Source of the DNA: Callorhinchus milii
Lineage: Eukaryota
Direction: 5' to 3'
DNA length: 64,000 bases
Assembly: GCF_018977255.1 (NCBI RefSeq)
Contig: NW_024704742.1
Span: forward strand, 25,236,001 to 25,300,000
Shown in pieces: positions 39,513 through 52,547 of the stretch. Each line of letters opens with the position of its first letter. Positions within the stretch are counted from its first letter, which is position 1. Both the position numbers and the translations under genes were made by a program. The notes under the pieces are model-generated. The model was not told where the DNA came from, searched no databases, and was given only the letters and a program-made list of their open reading frames with translations.

Positions 39513-40644
39513 GAAAAAAATTGTGAAAGCAATTCCTTGGGGATTTTTAATGTTATCTTTTAGTGACGAAGGTCAAGAGACTTCATTGTGAGAAATCCTT
39601 GAATTTGGGACAACACTCAATTACACTAAAAGTTACCTTACCATTTATAAATAATTTGAGCTGAGATGAAGTGCTTCACAGGTTACACAAATGATCTCTA
39701 CAAGGTTACTGAAAGGAAAATGTTTTGCTCTGCTGATAACAGATTGTGTGAGGAGACAAGCAGAGCAACGGAGGCTGATGTTATTCACAAGGATCTGGAG
39801 AGTCTAAAGCAGTTTGACTGAAGATGGGCAAATTACATTTAATATGGATGAATGCGAAGGAAAAGAAAGCATGCACTTGGGAGTAAAGATCAGCTTTGAT
39901 TCAACTAACTTGAAAGATTGGACCAGATGAAGTAATTGGGAGTGGCTGGAAATAAATGTCCGGGCACGTCTTAGTGGCAGTAAGATAGTGATTTGATAAG
40001 ATAAGTAAAATATGGTACATTGCCACAATAAGTGATTCCAAGCCCAGTGATGGACCATTAACTGTATAATACATTTGTGAAGCAGCACTGAGTTTTGATG
40101 GCTAAACGTCTGGAGTGATGTTAATGTTTCAGCAAAGGACCAGTGGGAATCGACAAAGGTGATTTCAAGACTAAGTTAACTATTCTCATGAACAAAAACG
40201 TAATGAATCAATGAAGATTATCTTCTGAGAGATTTTTTAAAAGAAAAAATTCCTTATTCTTTATTTCCCACATTCATCCTCTTTCCCTCTGTCTATCTCT
40301 CTTTCCCTCTTTCTTTCCCTCTCTCTTTTTCTCTTTCTCTCTCTATATTTCTTAATCACTTCAAGGAAATTGTTGATTCAATTCAAGTTTTCAAGCAGTG
40401 AAGATAGTTCAAAAAATAAAGTGTTTGAAATGAATTAGAATGCACTTTCAAAACTGAAAAAAGCACAAAGCAAAAATGACATAGAATTACATAGAACTTC
40501 ACAGCACAGAAACAGACCATTCGACTAAACTAGTCCATAGTTTATACTCCACACAAGTCTTCACCCTTACTCTTCTCTTCTCCTATACAACAGCAACTTG
40601 CATTTATATAGCACCCTTAACATGGGATAGCATCTCAGAGTGCT

Positions 40645-40980
40645 TAATAATAATAATATAATAATAATCCTTGCATTTGATATAGCGCTTTTCACATCGG
40701 GAGGACGTCCCAAAGCGCTTCACAGAACACACTGTAAAGTGAATTGACTGTATATTTGTGGGCGAACGCGGCAGCCAATTGCGCACAACAATGTCCCACA
40801 AACAGTCGTCGATTGAAAATGACCAATTTATTATTGTTTTTGGTTTTTGGAGGGATTATTATTAGGCTCTGTGTGGAGTAAGGAAACTTGCCCAAGGTTT
40901 TGCCCTGACCTGCCTGGAATTGAACTCAGATCTCTCGCTTGCAAAGCGAGTGCTCTAACCACTGAGCTACAGGACTCCAC
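40645..40980 (-). mobile_element. Young tRNA-Ala/Deu SINE, full length
   Basis: Near-identical to the family; interrupts an old minus-strand L2 3' end. Confidence 0.92.
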
Positions 40981-43632
40981 AAATAATGACTGAGCTTGAT
41001 GCTAAGCTGGGGAGAAAGAGGAGATGATCATAGGCATGGTGTTATCTGAAGCCGAGCAAAGAGGGGGCAAGATGGAGGGATTGAAGCACTAAGTCCAAAA
41101 GTTTGGGGGCACGGTGGCTGAAAGTACAGCTGCCGATACTCAAGGGGTTGAGAGATGTGCAGAAGGCTGGAGGCGGTTAAGCGAAGGGGATGAGTAATGG
41201 AGTGGTGTGTGAGTTTTATATTCTCCAGAATGTATGAATTAAGTTTTCTCAGAATTATGTTGATGCTTTTTGCTTCAACAACAGTTTCTCACTATCCTCT
41301 GTGTCAAGAAGTTCCTCCTTAACTCCCTTTAAACCTGCTACTGGCTATCTTATCAGAGCATTGTTTCAGGTAGTTAAAAGTTAGTAGAATAAAACATTAT
41401 CCATTATCCACCCTTTGGAACTCCATCCTACAATCCCTTCACCTTGCTCCCTCCCTTGCCTCCTTGAGGGCACAACTCAAGACCCTCCTTTTCAACCATA
41501 CCTTCAGCCGCCCTCCTACCTTTCTGTCCTCCCTCATCCCAAACTTGCCTCCCCACACGCTCAGGTCCTGATCCCCGACTATTCAATGCCTTGGGACGTC
41601 CTCCCGATGTGAAAGCCGCTTTACAAATGTAATTTTGTTGTTGTTGTTTGTCATTAACCATCCTTTTGTTCTATTAATGATGTGAGCTATCACTTCTGTA
41701 TTCACGGAGACAGAGTATTCAGTTTTCAAAGTATTGTTGTTTAGTCCCTCGTAGGTTGCTATGGTAAATGGAGCAATACAGTTTGACATTCACTGAATCA
41801 TATTGTGTCATGATACTGCAGGTTAGCACACAGGCAATCTGAATTAATTCTACATAGACTAGTCTGAAATAAGAAAATGAAAAGTCCTCTTTAGAGTCAC
41901 TGAGCTCATCTTTCACTTCTCACGTTGGGTATAATTTGCACATGATTTTCCTCAGCCAAAGTATATAATGCCCTAAATCAAATGAATCACCACAGGTCAA
42001 GATGGAATTTCGCTGATCTCCCTGAACTGCATAGATAGAGTGAAAACTCTGCATCAATCTAAAAATACAATCTACATTATTCATCTCTGGCACGTGCCAG
42101 TTCTATGACCCCAATAGAACTGTTCACCAGGGGATTTCACAAGATTATAAGATTGATGTTGATGAAGAAGATGCCCATTTGATCTCGTCTTTTCAAAATA
42201 TCCACCCTACCATGCTCCAGTCACAGCATCAAACTCCTTTTTAAATGAGTTCAGTGTCTTGGCTTCAACTGCTCCTCCTGCCAATCTTTTCCACTTGTTA
42301 ATTGCCCACTGAGTAAAGGAAAAACTTCCAAACCTGTGTCCTGTTGTTCTACTGCCTTGGTGCTTCCAAAAGTTTTGACCTGGGTTTACTTTGTCAGTTC
42401 CAATTAAAATTTTATACACTTCGGTAACTCCTTGCTTGTTTGGTCAGCTATGTCTGTAATTATCCTTATAATCTTCAGCCCATTTCTCAGATATTTATTC
42501 AGATGTTTAATTTATAAAGTTTTTGCAACTGCAAAAGAACACAGACAGGGAAAATAACAATAATAATAACCATAATAGTGATCCTTTTGCTAAGAACATT
42601 TCATTATAAATTGAAATGTATTTATCATTCTCCACAGAGGGAAAAAATCTCATATAATCTCTTGTAAGCTGTAAAACCCACATCAGGATTTAAATTTACA
42701 TAGTCTAAAATGACATCCAATGCACTGCAAGAGGGGTGTTGCATTGTCACTTTTGCCATAGTTCGGATAAGACGTTAAACCAAGGCTCTGACTGTCTGTT
42801 CAGGTGGCCGTTAAAGATCTCATTGCACTGGTCGAAAAGAGAATGGAGTTTTCCCGGTATACTGGCACCCCAAATAACAATCCCACAAAATAAAATTGGT
42901 CAATGGCTTCATGACTGTTTGTGGGACATTGCTATGTGCAATTGTACTGCTGCAATTGTATTTGCCTACAAATACCCAGTCATTCAATTTCACAGCAATT
43001 CCTGTGAAGTTCTTTGAGATGTCCTTCCGACGTGATATGGCACTATACCAAATACAAGGATTATTATTATTTTATTATTATGTCACACTGGAGGTTTGTT
43101 AATGTTGTACTCGTTTCTTCTCGTTCTTCTATTTTCCAAACTTTGCAGTATATTGGAGCTGTGGGCTGACTGCTATAATGCCCTCCCCCTTCTCCCTTAC
43201 TCAGTGTCCAATCCGGCCACTGTGCACCAGCACTCTCAGATCCTAATCTGCGTGAAGGGTGCAGTATGAACTGTGTTGTTGTCGTTGTTGTATTTTAAAG
43301 CTCTGGACTGTGTTCAGTCTCAAACTCTATTCCTTATTTCAGTTGCTGGATTTTGTGCCTGGACATTGCCGACTTGGCATTTCCGATTTGACAGCTGCGA
43401 ATTTCTCAAAAGTTGCAATTAAAGCAGCCATTCGGACTTGTGAATATTGCAAATTAGAGCCCAGCGTTTTATGCAGTATTCATTCATTTCCCAAACCGGA
43501 ACTCACATCCGGTTTGGTTCTCACCTGATAACTTGAATTATCTTAGTCACTCAATCACTATTCTATTAATATCTAGACTTCCTATCCAAAACAGGGAGTC
43601 AGTTTGACTCAGTCAGTAGCTCTCTCGCCTGT

Positions 43633-43962
43633 GAGTCCTGTAGCTCAGTGGTTAGAGCACTCGCTTTGCAAGTGAAAGACCTGAGTTCAATTCCAGGCAG
43701 AGGGCGAAACCTTGGGCAAGTTTCCTTACTCCACACGCCTAATAATAATCCCTCCAAAACAAAACAATAATAAAATTGGTCATTTTCAATCTACGACTGT
43801 TTGTGGGACATTGCTGTGCACAATTGGCTGCCGCGTTCGCCCACAAATATACAGTCAATTCACTTTACAGTGTGTTCTGTGAAGCGCTTTGGGATGTCCT
43901 TCCGACGTGAAAAGCGCTAAATCAAATGCAAGGATTATTATTATTATTATTATTATTATTAT
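43633..43962 (+). mobile_element. Young tRNA-Ala/Deu SINE nested in the head of an older SacSINE1-like SINE
   Basis: Family match with a long (TTA)n tail; the host element resumes at aaggttgtgaattcaagcccc. Confidence 0.92.
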
Positions 43963-44654
43963 AAGGTTGTGAATTCAAGCCCCACATCAGGACTTTGAAC
44001 TCAGCTTTTAGGCTGACACTCCAGAATTCAACATTCTCTTCATGGCAATTTCTGGGACATTGCTGCGCATATATTTGCTTCCACATTCCTCTAAAAAAGC
44101 AGTTACTATACGTTACAGTAAATCCTGTGAAGCGCTTTGAGATAATAATAATAATAATCCTTGCATTTGATATAGTGCTTTATCACATCATTGAGACATC
44201 TCAAAGCCTTCACAGGATATGTCCCACTGATGTGAAATGCACTATATCAAATACAAGGATTATAATTATTAATGGCTAACTAGCACGCTGATAATTTATG
44301 CAGCAATATTTAATCCCATACTTTCTGTGAGTGGCCCGCTTTACACTAGTCTCAGTGCGTACCTCTGAGATCTCACTTCAATTCATCAAACAGCAGTAAA
44401 TAAGATTCACTGAACTAAGTACAGTAATGTGACCTCAAACTTGGGGTAACTGCAGCTCAGTGAATTCATTCTGCATTCATTCTTCCTTGTCAATTTTGAT
44501 TTACTCAGTTCGCAAACGTTGTCAATATTTATAGCCTGTCTCCTCATGTTACCAGTCATCAAAAGCTTCTTCACTGCTGTCTATCGATTGCTGTCTTCCA
44601 TTTGCAATGATCATTCCTTTTACTAAGTTACTTAGTATATGGTGAGGAAGTCTT

Positions 44655-45045
44655 CAAGATCCTCGCCTTTGTATTCAAATCCCTCCACTCCTCTGCACCT
44701 CCCTACCTCTCTGACCTCCTCTCTCCTCAAAACAGTGCCCGTTGCCTTCGTTCCTCCGGGTCTGGCCTCCTCCTCGTCCCCCGAATCCTGCACTCCACCC
44801 TTGCTGGCCGTGCCTTCAGCCACTATGCTCCGAGGCTCTGGAACTTCCTTCCTCATTCCCTTCACCTCGCTCCCTCTCTTCCTATTTTCAGGTCTCTGAT
44901 AAAGACCTTTCTCTTCGATCGCACCTTTGGTCACCTTCCTCCCCCTCGCCCTGGCTCAGCCCCGGGATCTGTTACTGCAAAGCGCTCTGAGGCGCCGTCC
45001 GGCGTGGAGGGTGCTATATAAATCCAAGTTGTTGTTGTTGTTGTT
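44655..45045 (+). mobile_element. Older L2 3' fragment
   Basis: ttcaagatcctc...ctctggaact...aagacctttctcttcgat...(TTG)n. Similar old pieces at 14845-15108, 24235-24595, 47205-47560(-) and 46480-46670. Confidence 0.8.
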
Positions 45046-45143
45046 GAAGTCAAAGAATTCCGTTGTGCCAATGGAATGTTTATGCTATAAGCCTTCGTTG
45101 TGAGGACTCAAATACAACAACAACTTGCACTTATATGTCATGT

Positions 45144-45563
45144 GTCAGTCGGCCTCAGTGGTAGCACTCTCACCTCTGAGTCAGAAGGTTGTGGGTTCAA
45201 GCTCTACGTAGGAATCTGAAATTACACAGTTTAAGCTGACATGGGTTGCATTGTTGGAGGTGCTGTCCTTTAGATAAGACGTTAAAGCGAGGTCCCATCT
45301 ACCTGTTTTTGTGGACGTTAAAGATCCAATGGCACTATTCGAAAAGAGAAGGGAGTTTCTCCCAGGGTTCTGGCCAACAATCCCCCAAATAAAATTGGAC
45401 CCTCATTCCTGCACTGCTGTGTGCCAATTGTCTGCTTCATTTGCCCTCAAAATACCCAGTCAAATCCACTTCACAGTATATCCTGTGAAATGCTTTGGGA
45501 CGTCACGACGATTATGATAAGGCACTATATCAAATGCAATGATTATTATTATTGTTATTATTA
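45144..45563 (+). mobile_element. Old SacSINE1-like DeuSINE, near full length
   Basis: Head ctcagtggtagcactctcacctctgagtcagaaggttgtgggttcaag, body gacgttaaa...aaagatccaatggcactattcgaa, L2-type tail. Confidence 0.8.
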
Positions 45564-45587
45564 TAGCACCCCACACACAGGATAGCA

Positions 45588-45911
45588 TAATAATAATAAT
45601 AATAATCCTTGCATTTGATATAGCGCTTTTCACGTCGGGAGGACGTCCCAAAGCGCTTCACAGAACACACTGTAAAGTGAATTGACTGTATATTTGTGGG
45701 CGAACGTGGCAGCCAATTGCGCACAGCAATGTCCCACAAACAGCCGTAGATTGAAAATGACCAATTTATTATTGTTTTTGGTTTTGGAAGGATTATTATT
45801 AGGCTCTGTGTGGAGTAAGGAAGCTTGCCCAAGGTTTCGCCCTCTGCCTGGAATTGAACTCAGGTCTCTCACTTGCAAAGCGAGTGCTCTAACCACTGAG
45901 CTACAGGACTC
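45588..45911 (-). mobile_element. Young tRNA-Ala/Deu SINE, full length
   Basis: Family match on the reverse strand. Confidence 0.92.
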
Positions 45912-48900
45912 TACTGTATTCTCGTATCTAGCATCCTAGTAAGCTCCGGACAGGTCCTATAGAATACCTTGGTTACTACACCAAGGTCTTTCTCCAGTAT
46001 AAATGTTTTGTTCAACAATTAATATTTCCTAGTAAACGTCTTAAATGACTTCTCAGTCCTGCTTGAATTTCTAACTAACCTAATGTTTCTTCCATCGATA
46101 TTAATTCCTTTTAGTCTGACTGGTTTACCACTGTTGTGTACTGTAAACCCATTTAACTTGACGGCTGCTGTTTGTATTATGAAAGAGCCCTGTCTCTTGC
46201 TTTGCATTTCTACACAAACGCTAAGGACAGGACTGCCTTATCCCATTAAAATGAAGGTAAAGTTTAATTTGTTTATCGTTCGTGGCTCATCCAATTTCAC
46301 GCAAAAATTTCCAAATGCAAAAATAGCTAAGTTAAATGGGCCACAAAAAAATGCCAGTTATACAGTATTCTCATCTGTCTGAGTTTCTCACACTCTTCTT
46401 TCTTCCTGGAGCCAGTAGTGCCAGTATTGTGATGACATTCTATCTTCTGAGCTTCTATTCACTTGGCCTTTTGCACTGAAACACAGTATTTTGTTTGACT
46501 CCCAACTCTTCTTCAAACCCTACAAACGAGCCTTCACTTATTCTGGTTTGCCTCACCTCTGCAACATCGCTCATCTCCACCATTACCCCTACCTGGACCT
46601 CCAAGACTCTCATCCACACCTTCATCACGTCCAAGCTTGATTATTACAATGCCCTGTTCGCCAGACTCCTCAGCTTTTCCCATGACACTAAGAGATGGGA
46701 AAGAGAAGGGAGTTTCTCTCAGTCTCCTAACCTTCCAGGTCAACAGACCAGGATAAAAAAAATGGTCATTCACTTCATTACTGTTTTCAGTATGCAGTAT
46801 GCAAATTGGCTACTGTGTTTGCTTACAAATACAGAGTCACTACATTTCAGAATAAAATTGTGTGAAACACTTTGAGACGTCTTGAAGATGTGGTATGTCA
46901 AATGCAAGGATTATTACAGAGTAGACAACTCCAGTCGTGGAGCTAGTACCGGTACTGGCATGTGTCAAATGGTCTTCTGTGATGTAAACATCTTCTAAAT
47001 CTATGAATTCCTTGGAGTAGCAAAAAAACAACTTAAATATGTACAGCACCCTTCATGTAAAATAATGGAAAGACTTAGTTTTGCAAACAGTCCCATTAAG
47101 ACTGAGCAATTAATTGTTGCTTGAAGAAATGTTCACTTGCATGAAAAACCCTCTTAACATATTGCCCTTTAGAGGAATGCACTCTAACTCTGCACATTTG
47201 ATAGGGGAGGGGGAGGTGACCATAAGCATGATCAAAAAGGAAGATCTTTAGCTGGGATTGAAAGTGGGGAGGGAGTAGGCAAGATGGAGGGATTGGGGGA
47301 GAGTTACAGAATTTTGGGGCGTACAGCTGAAAGCATGGCTGCCGATGGAGGAGCAGAGGGGACGAGGGACAAACAGGAGGCCAGAGCCAGCTGAGCGGAG
47401 CCAGTAGATGGTGGAGTAGGGGATAAGCCAGTCAGATAGGTAAGGAGGTACATAGAGGGATTTCAAAATGAGTGAGAGGTCTTGAAATTGATCTGTTTGG
47501 TAAATTGGGAACCAGTGTGAGCCCAGGAAGCACTGGTGTGATGGGGGTAGAGTTTTGTGCGTCCTCCCAAGGTGAAGGGCACTGTATAAATGTAAATTGT
47601 AGTATTGTACTGTATTGTGAAGCACTTCGGAATACAGTACAACAGTACAATCTCTGCAAAGAGCAGGGCAAATCCAACTTGCCCACACAAAAGTTCATAA
47701 ACCCGGCAGCCAATTTCATGCACAGTAATGTCCCACAAACAGACATGATCAGTCTCATCTGGGGGTTTATCGGCTGGGACACTGAGACTTAGTCACAAAT
47801 TCAACAACATGAAGCTCAGAAGAGACGAAGGTGAACAGACATTTCAAATGTAATCATTTCAGAAAGAGAGTGTGGAATTGCCTATCTAGGGAGGTGTTGG
47901 AAGCAGATGGTGCAAAATTGATAACTGGATAACTACTTGGCCTAGAAATTGGCGGAGTCATATCAGAGATTGAGTATTTCTGGAATCTTTATTACATTTA
48001 CACACAAAGAAAATACTGGATTAGGAAGATCTTGGAATAATAACCAAGGAATCCTATAGGAACTGTGTGGGGCTCACTAGGTTGCTATCTGGCATGTAGA
48101 ATGCTATATAAGTGCAAGTTTTTTGTTGAAACAAGGACTAGCCAGATGGGCACACTGGTATTTTCCAATCCTGTGCATTTCCCATGTTCCTACATGAGTC
48201 AGGCGCGCCAGCCTAAATGCTAGAAGGAAATTCCTTTACCTTCTGGTAGATATTCACACCGAGTAAAGCTCTAGGAATTGACATGTAAACATGGTTCTCG
48301 GAAGAAAATGAGGGCTGCTATGTATTTCACTGGCACAGGCATCGTGGCATGTTTCCTGACCTCTCACTCATTGCTGTGTAACATTTGGTTTCTAAGTTTA
48401 ATATACAGATAACAACTGATTATTTAGTTGGCAGCAGGCAGTGGGCTTTCATTCCTAACCTATAATGTTCACAGCAGTGAAGTTATTAGGTGGCAAGCTG
48501 CCAAGCTTCTCACTCAAACAAGCAGTGGGAGGAATAAGCATTAATACTCATTCAGATGTATGACACTGCAGCTTTTCAGCTGGTTGTTAGGATCTCATTG
48601 GGACCAGTACAACACCAGCAGAGCTGATACTCACAAATGTTATTTGTTTGCTCATTCTTCACAATTTCTTTTTACTTTATGGAGCGTTTATAACGGTTGA
48701 CTGCTCTGAATGTGTTGTCTAAGTACATTTTATTTTGCACCTGCGTCCAGTCCATACTGATAATAAAATCGGTGTGGCAATTGTTTTTAAGTATTAAAGA
48801 AGGTTTACATATATATTTATTGTGGGGAACCAAAAGAAGCCGTGCACAATTGTTTCTGTGATAAGATGAGATGTAGCGATTCGCTTTGATGCTTTTCCAT

Positions 48901-51867
48901 CATGCTAAGTGCCTTCCAACAAATGGAAAAACTTGTCAAAGAGTTTTCGTGAACACATAATAAGATAGGAAAAGGAGTAGACCATTCACTCCTCCACCGC
49001 ATTATTAGATCATGAGTAATCTGCACATAAATATCATCTCTCTCAACCGCGCTGTCTATCAAACATTCATCTACCTCCCTCTTAAACATTTCAATTGGTC
49101 AGGTATTTCCAGCCTTTTGTGGCAGTGAATTCAACATTTCCACAACTCTGTTTTTCTGATTTCACTTTACTGGTCTAGTTCTAATTTTACGATTATAAAC
49201 TCTAACTTTACAGTTATGATGACAATGCTCTTGTTAAAACCTACAAGTTTCTGATATAAATCAGTTCTGGGAGGGAGAGGAAAGAGTTGCTAGCAAATGC
49301 AGCTCTAGAATTCTTGAAGATCACCAATTGAACATTGGGGATCTGTATGACCTTCCAAACTATCAGCCACAGACAAATGTCGGCCCATTTAACTCATGAC
49401 GCTAATGACCAAGTGAGTCATTTAGCTTGCGATCATCATCGGACTATTTAACATACCGCATCAAATGCAGTGCGCTTCATTTTTAGCTGCTTGCACAGCT
49501 GTGGGAGGAAGTAATAGAAGCATTTGAAAAGCATTTCCAACAAAATCTGAGCTCTGCTCTGCTGAACATTGCTCGAGTACTTGAGAGCACTTGCCCAATC
49601 TGCGACATCGTGTTGTCAATGATCACTCATGTTATCTGGATAGCCTTGCATGTGAATGATATAGTGATAGCTTTCCTGTGCATTCTCTTCCTATCCCCTA
49701 TCTACTACCACCAATACATTTCTCTTGCTCTCTATTGAATCACAGAACTGTACAGCACAGAAGAAAGCCATTTGGCCCATCATATCTGTGCTGGCTCTTT
49801 GAAAGAGCAATCCATTCAGTCCCATTCCCTTCATAAGCACTCTGAGACGTTATTGTTTGCGTTTTCCCCATTCCCATGCAAAATATTTAATTTTAGATAT
49901 CTATTTAGTTCCCTATTGAAAGCTAAGGATTATGATCAATATGGATCCTAGTTCGACCACCACACCTGGCAGGGCATTTCACATCCTAACAGCACCCTGC
50001 ATAAAAAAAATCATCCTAATTTCCCTTTTGCTGTTTATATTAAATGCTGTAGATACCTCTTGTGATGCCTCACTGACCAATAGAAATAATTTCTCCCTAT
50101 TGACTATCAAAACCCCTCATAACTTTAAAGACTGTAACCTTCAGTTTTTTTTAAATCATTTTCCCCCTTTCCTTCCTAAAATGAGAAGAGAGGCAAACAA
50201 AACATCCGCAAGATCCAGCTCAACAAATTACTTAGTGATATGATTTATTCCACCCATTGTTTTTGTTCCCCGGAAAACTGCCTTATTGTATTGTAGATAA
50301 CATTTTAATATTTCCTGAAGTGAATTTCAAAGCTACACTGAAGTGTCTCTAAAGTGTTGGGATGATACATTTCGCTTCTTGATGTGCAGAATTATAATTT
50401 TTCATTCAGAATGTATAGATTTGTTAATTGCATTCAAGCATTTTGTTTATTTTTACAGAGGTTGATGCAGTTATATCACACTTAGACAGGCTGCATATTA
50501 CACTAAAGCATGCAAACTCTCATTTAAGTAGTTATCGTATCAACATGAGTGGGGGCTGCGGTGTTTGAGGTTTTTGTATCTTTCAGATTTATTTTCCTAA
50601 ATCTCCATCACCTTACAAGTGGGAAGCGGAATTCTGCCCCTTGTGATGTACCTACCCAGTGTCCAGGAAATTACTTGCGCTCTGCCCTTGGACTCACAAT
50701 GCATCTTCTCTGTTGACTCTGCCCATTACTTGGGAATCACAGAGCTCCTTAACTAGTATTTATTTTTATCAACCACTGTCTTGATACATCACCATGCTTT
50801 AACAATATCCAAGCCAGACTGCAAGCTCCATGTATCCCACTTACGCATAGAAATTTGTTAACTACTATCAATAAAGGGCAAACCTTGCCCCATCCCTCTC
50901 TCCCCTTTGGTACCAAGTTTTGGTGATATGCTGGGCAAAGTGGTTTCAGAAACAAAAACAATTAATAATAATAGTAATAATAATAATAATCCTTGCATTT
51001 GACAGCGCTTCACAGAATATACTGTACAGTGAATTGACTTTATATTTGTGGGCGAAACGTGGCAGTGGATTGAAATGACCAATTCTTTATTGTTTTTTTG
51101 GAGTGATTCTTATCAGGCGTGTGGAGTAAGCAAACCAAGGTTTCGCCCTGCCGGGAATCGAACCCAGTTAATTTAAGTTAAAATATCACACAAAATAACA
51201 TGAATGCCCATATTTTAAAGCCTTTGATTTCAAGACAATCCCCATCCCACTTCAAATGAAGAAAAAAAATGAAGTAAACCCTGGAAATAATAATATAATA
51301 ATAATCCTTGCATTTGATATAGCGCCTTATCAAATAAAATGAACAGAATTTCTTGAGCTGGTCCAATGAAGTCGTGAGTAAAGGCACTGTTCAGTGCAGT
51401 AACAGGCCATGCATGTAGGAACATACAGAACATTAACATTCCCAAAAGCTTTCAATTCACATTGCAAATTACTGTATTATGAAAGAGAAACCACTGTGAG
51501 GTGTACAGTAATCACAAAAGCTATGATCCTAAAGCGGGTAGAGGTGCCCATCCTATGAAATCTGCTTTTATACTGTCAGTAGCAAAGTTACTTTACTTCC
51601 AGCAGTAGACTTGTACTCACAGTTCCACATTGCATCAAATTGGAACTGTACAAAGCACAAATCCTGACTGAAGTTCACGTACACAATGACCCCTATGCAC
51701 ACTGCTCAAATTAAGAGTTTTCATTGATTAATGTTATTAAAAGGATCTATCGCACAGTGAACACTTTAAAACTGTTTAAAAAGCTCTTGGATGGTTCCAT
51801 GCAGACCGAGACTGGTGTAACTCACATTTGCCACAATGGCTTATATTGCACAATGTGAACTGCGCTA

Positions 51868-52547
51868 ACCATCGGTGGCCGGGCCTTCAGCCCCTAGGCT
51901 CTGGAACTCCATCCCCCAGTGCCTTCGCCGCCTCCTCCCTTTCCTCCTTCAAGGCCGGTCTCAAGACCTTTCTGTTTGACCGTGCCTTCAGCTCCCCTCT
52001 CGACTCTCTACCCCCTCCTCGCTCCCTCCCTTCCCTCCCCTCACCCTGACCATTTGCCCCCTGCTCGGGTCCCGACCCAACTGTCCAGCACCTTGGGACG
52101 TCCTCCCGACGTGAAAGGCGCTCTATAAATGAAATCTTGTTGTTGTTGTTGTTGTTGCACTCATTTTAAGCCATCATCTCCTGGTTGTGTTAAGGCAACT
52201 CCCTACCAACCTGCCCGCTCCCTCCATTCAGTCGTCTCCAGCCTGCTCCATATCTCCCGCCAGACCCGCCCTACCATTGGTGGCTGGGCTTTCAGCCTCT
52301 CTGCCCCCACACTCTGGACCTCCATCCCACAGTCCCTTCGCCTCTCTTCCTCCCTTGCCTCCTTCAAGGCCGGTCTCAAGATCTTCCTCTTCGATCATGC
52401 CTTCAGTCACCCTCCTACCTCTCTGTCTTCCCTCACCCCTACCCCATCCCTCTCTCATGCTCAGGTCCTGACCCCTGACTGTCCAGCGCCTTGGGACGTC
52501 CTCCCGACGTGAAAGATGCTCTATAAATGTAATTTTGTTGTTGTTGT
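51868..52547 (+). mobile_element. Two tandem L2 3' fragments (51868-52157 and about 52198-52547) from different subfamilies
   Basis: Each ends in the stem-loop plus (TTG)n; tails aaatgaaatcttg versus aaatgtaattttg. Confidence 0.9.
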
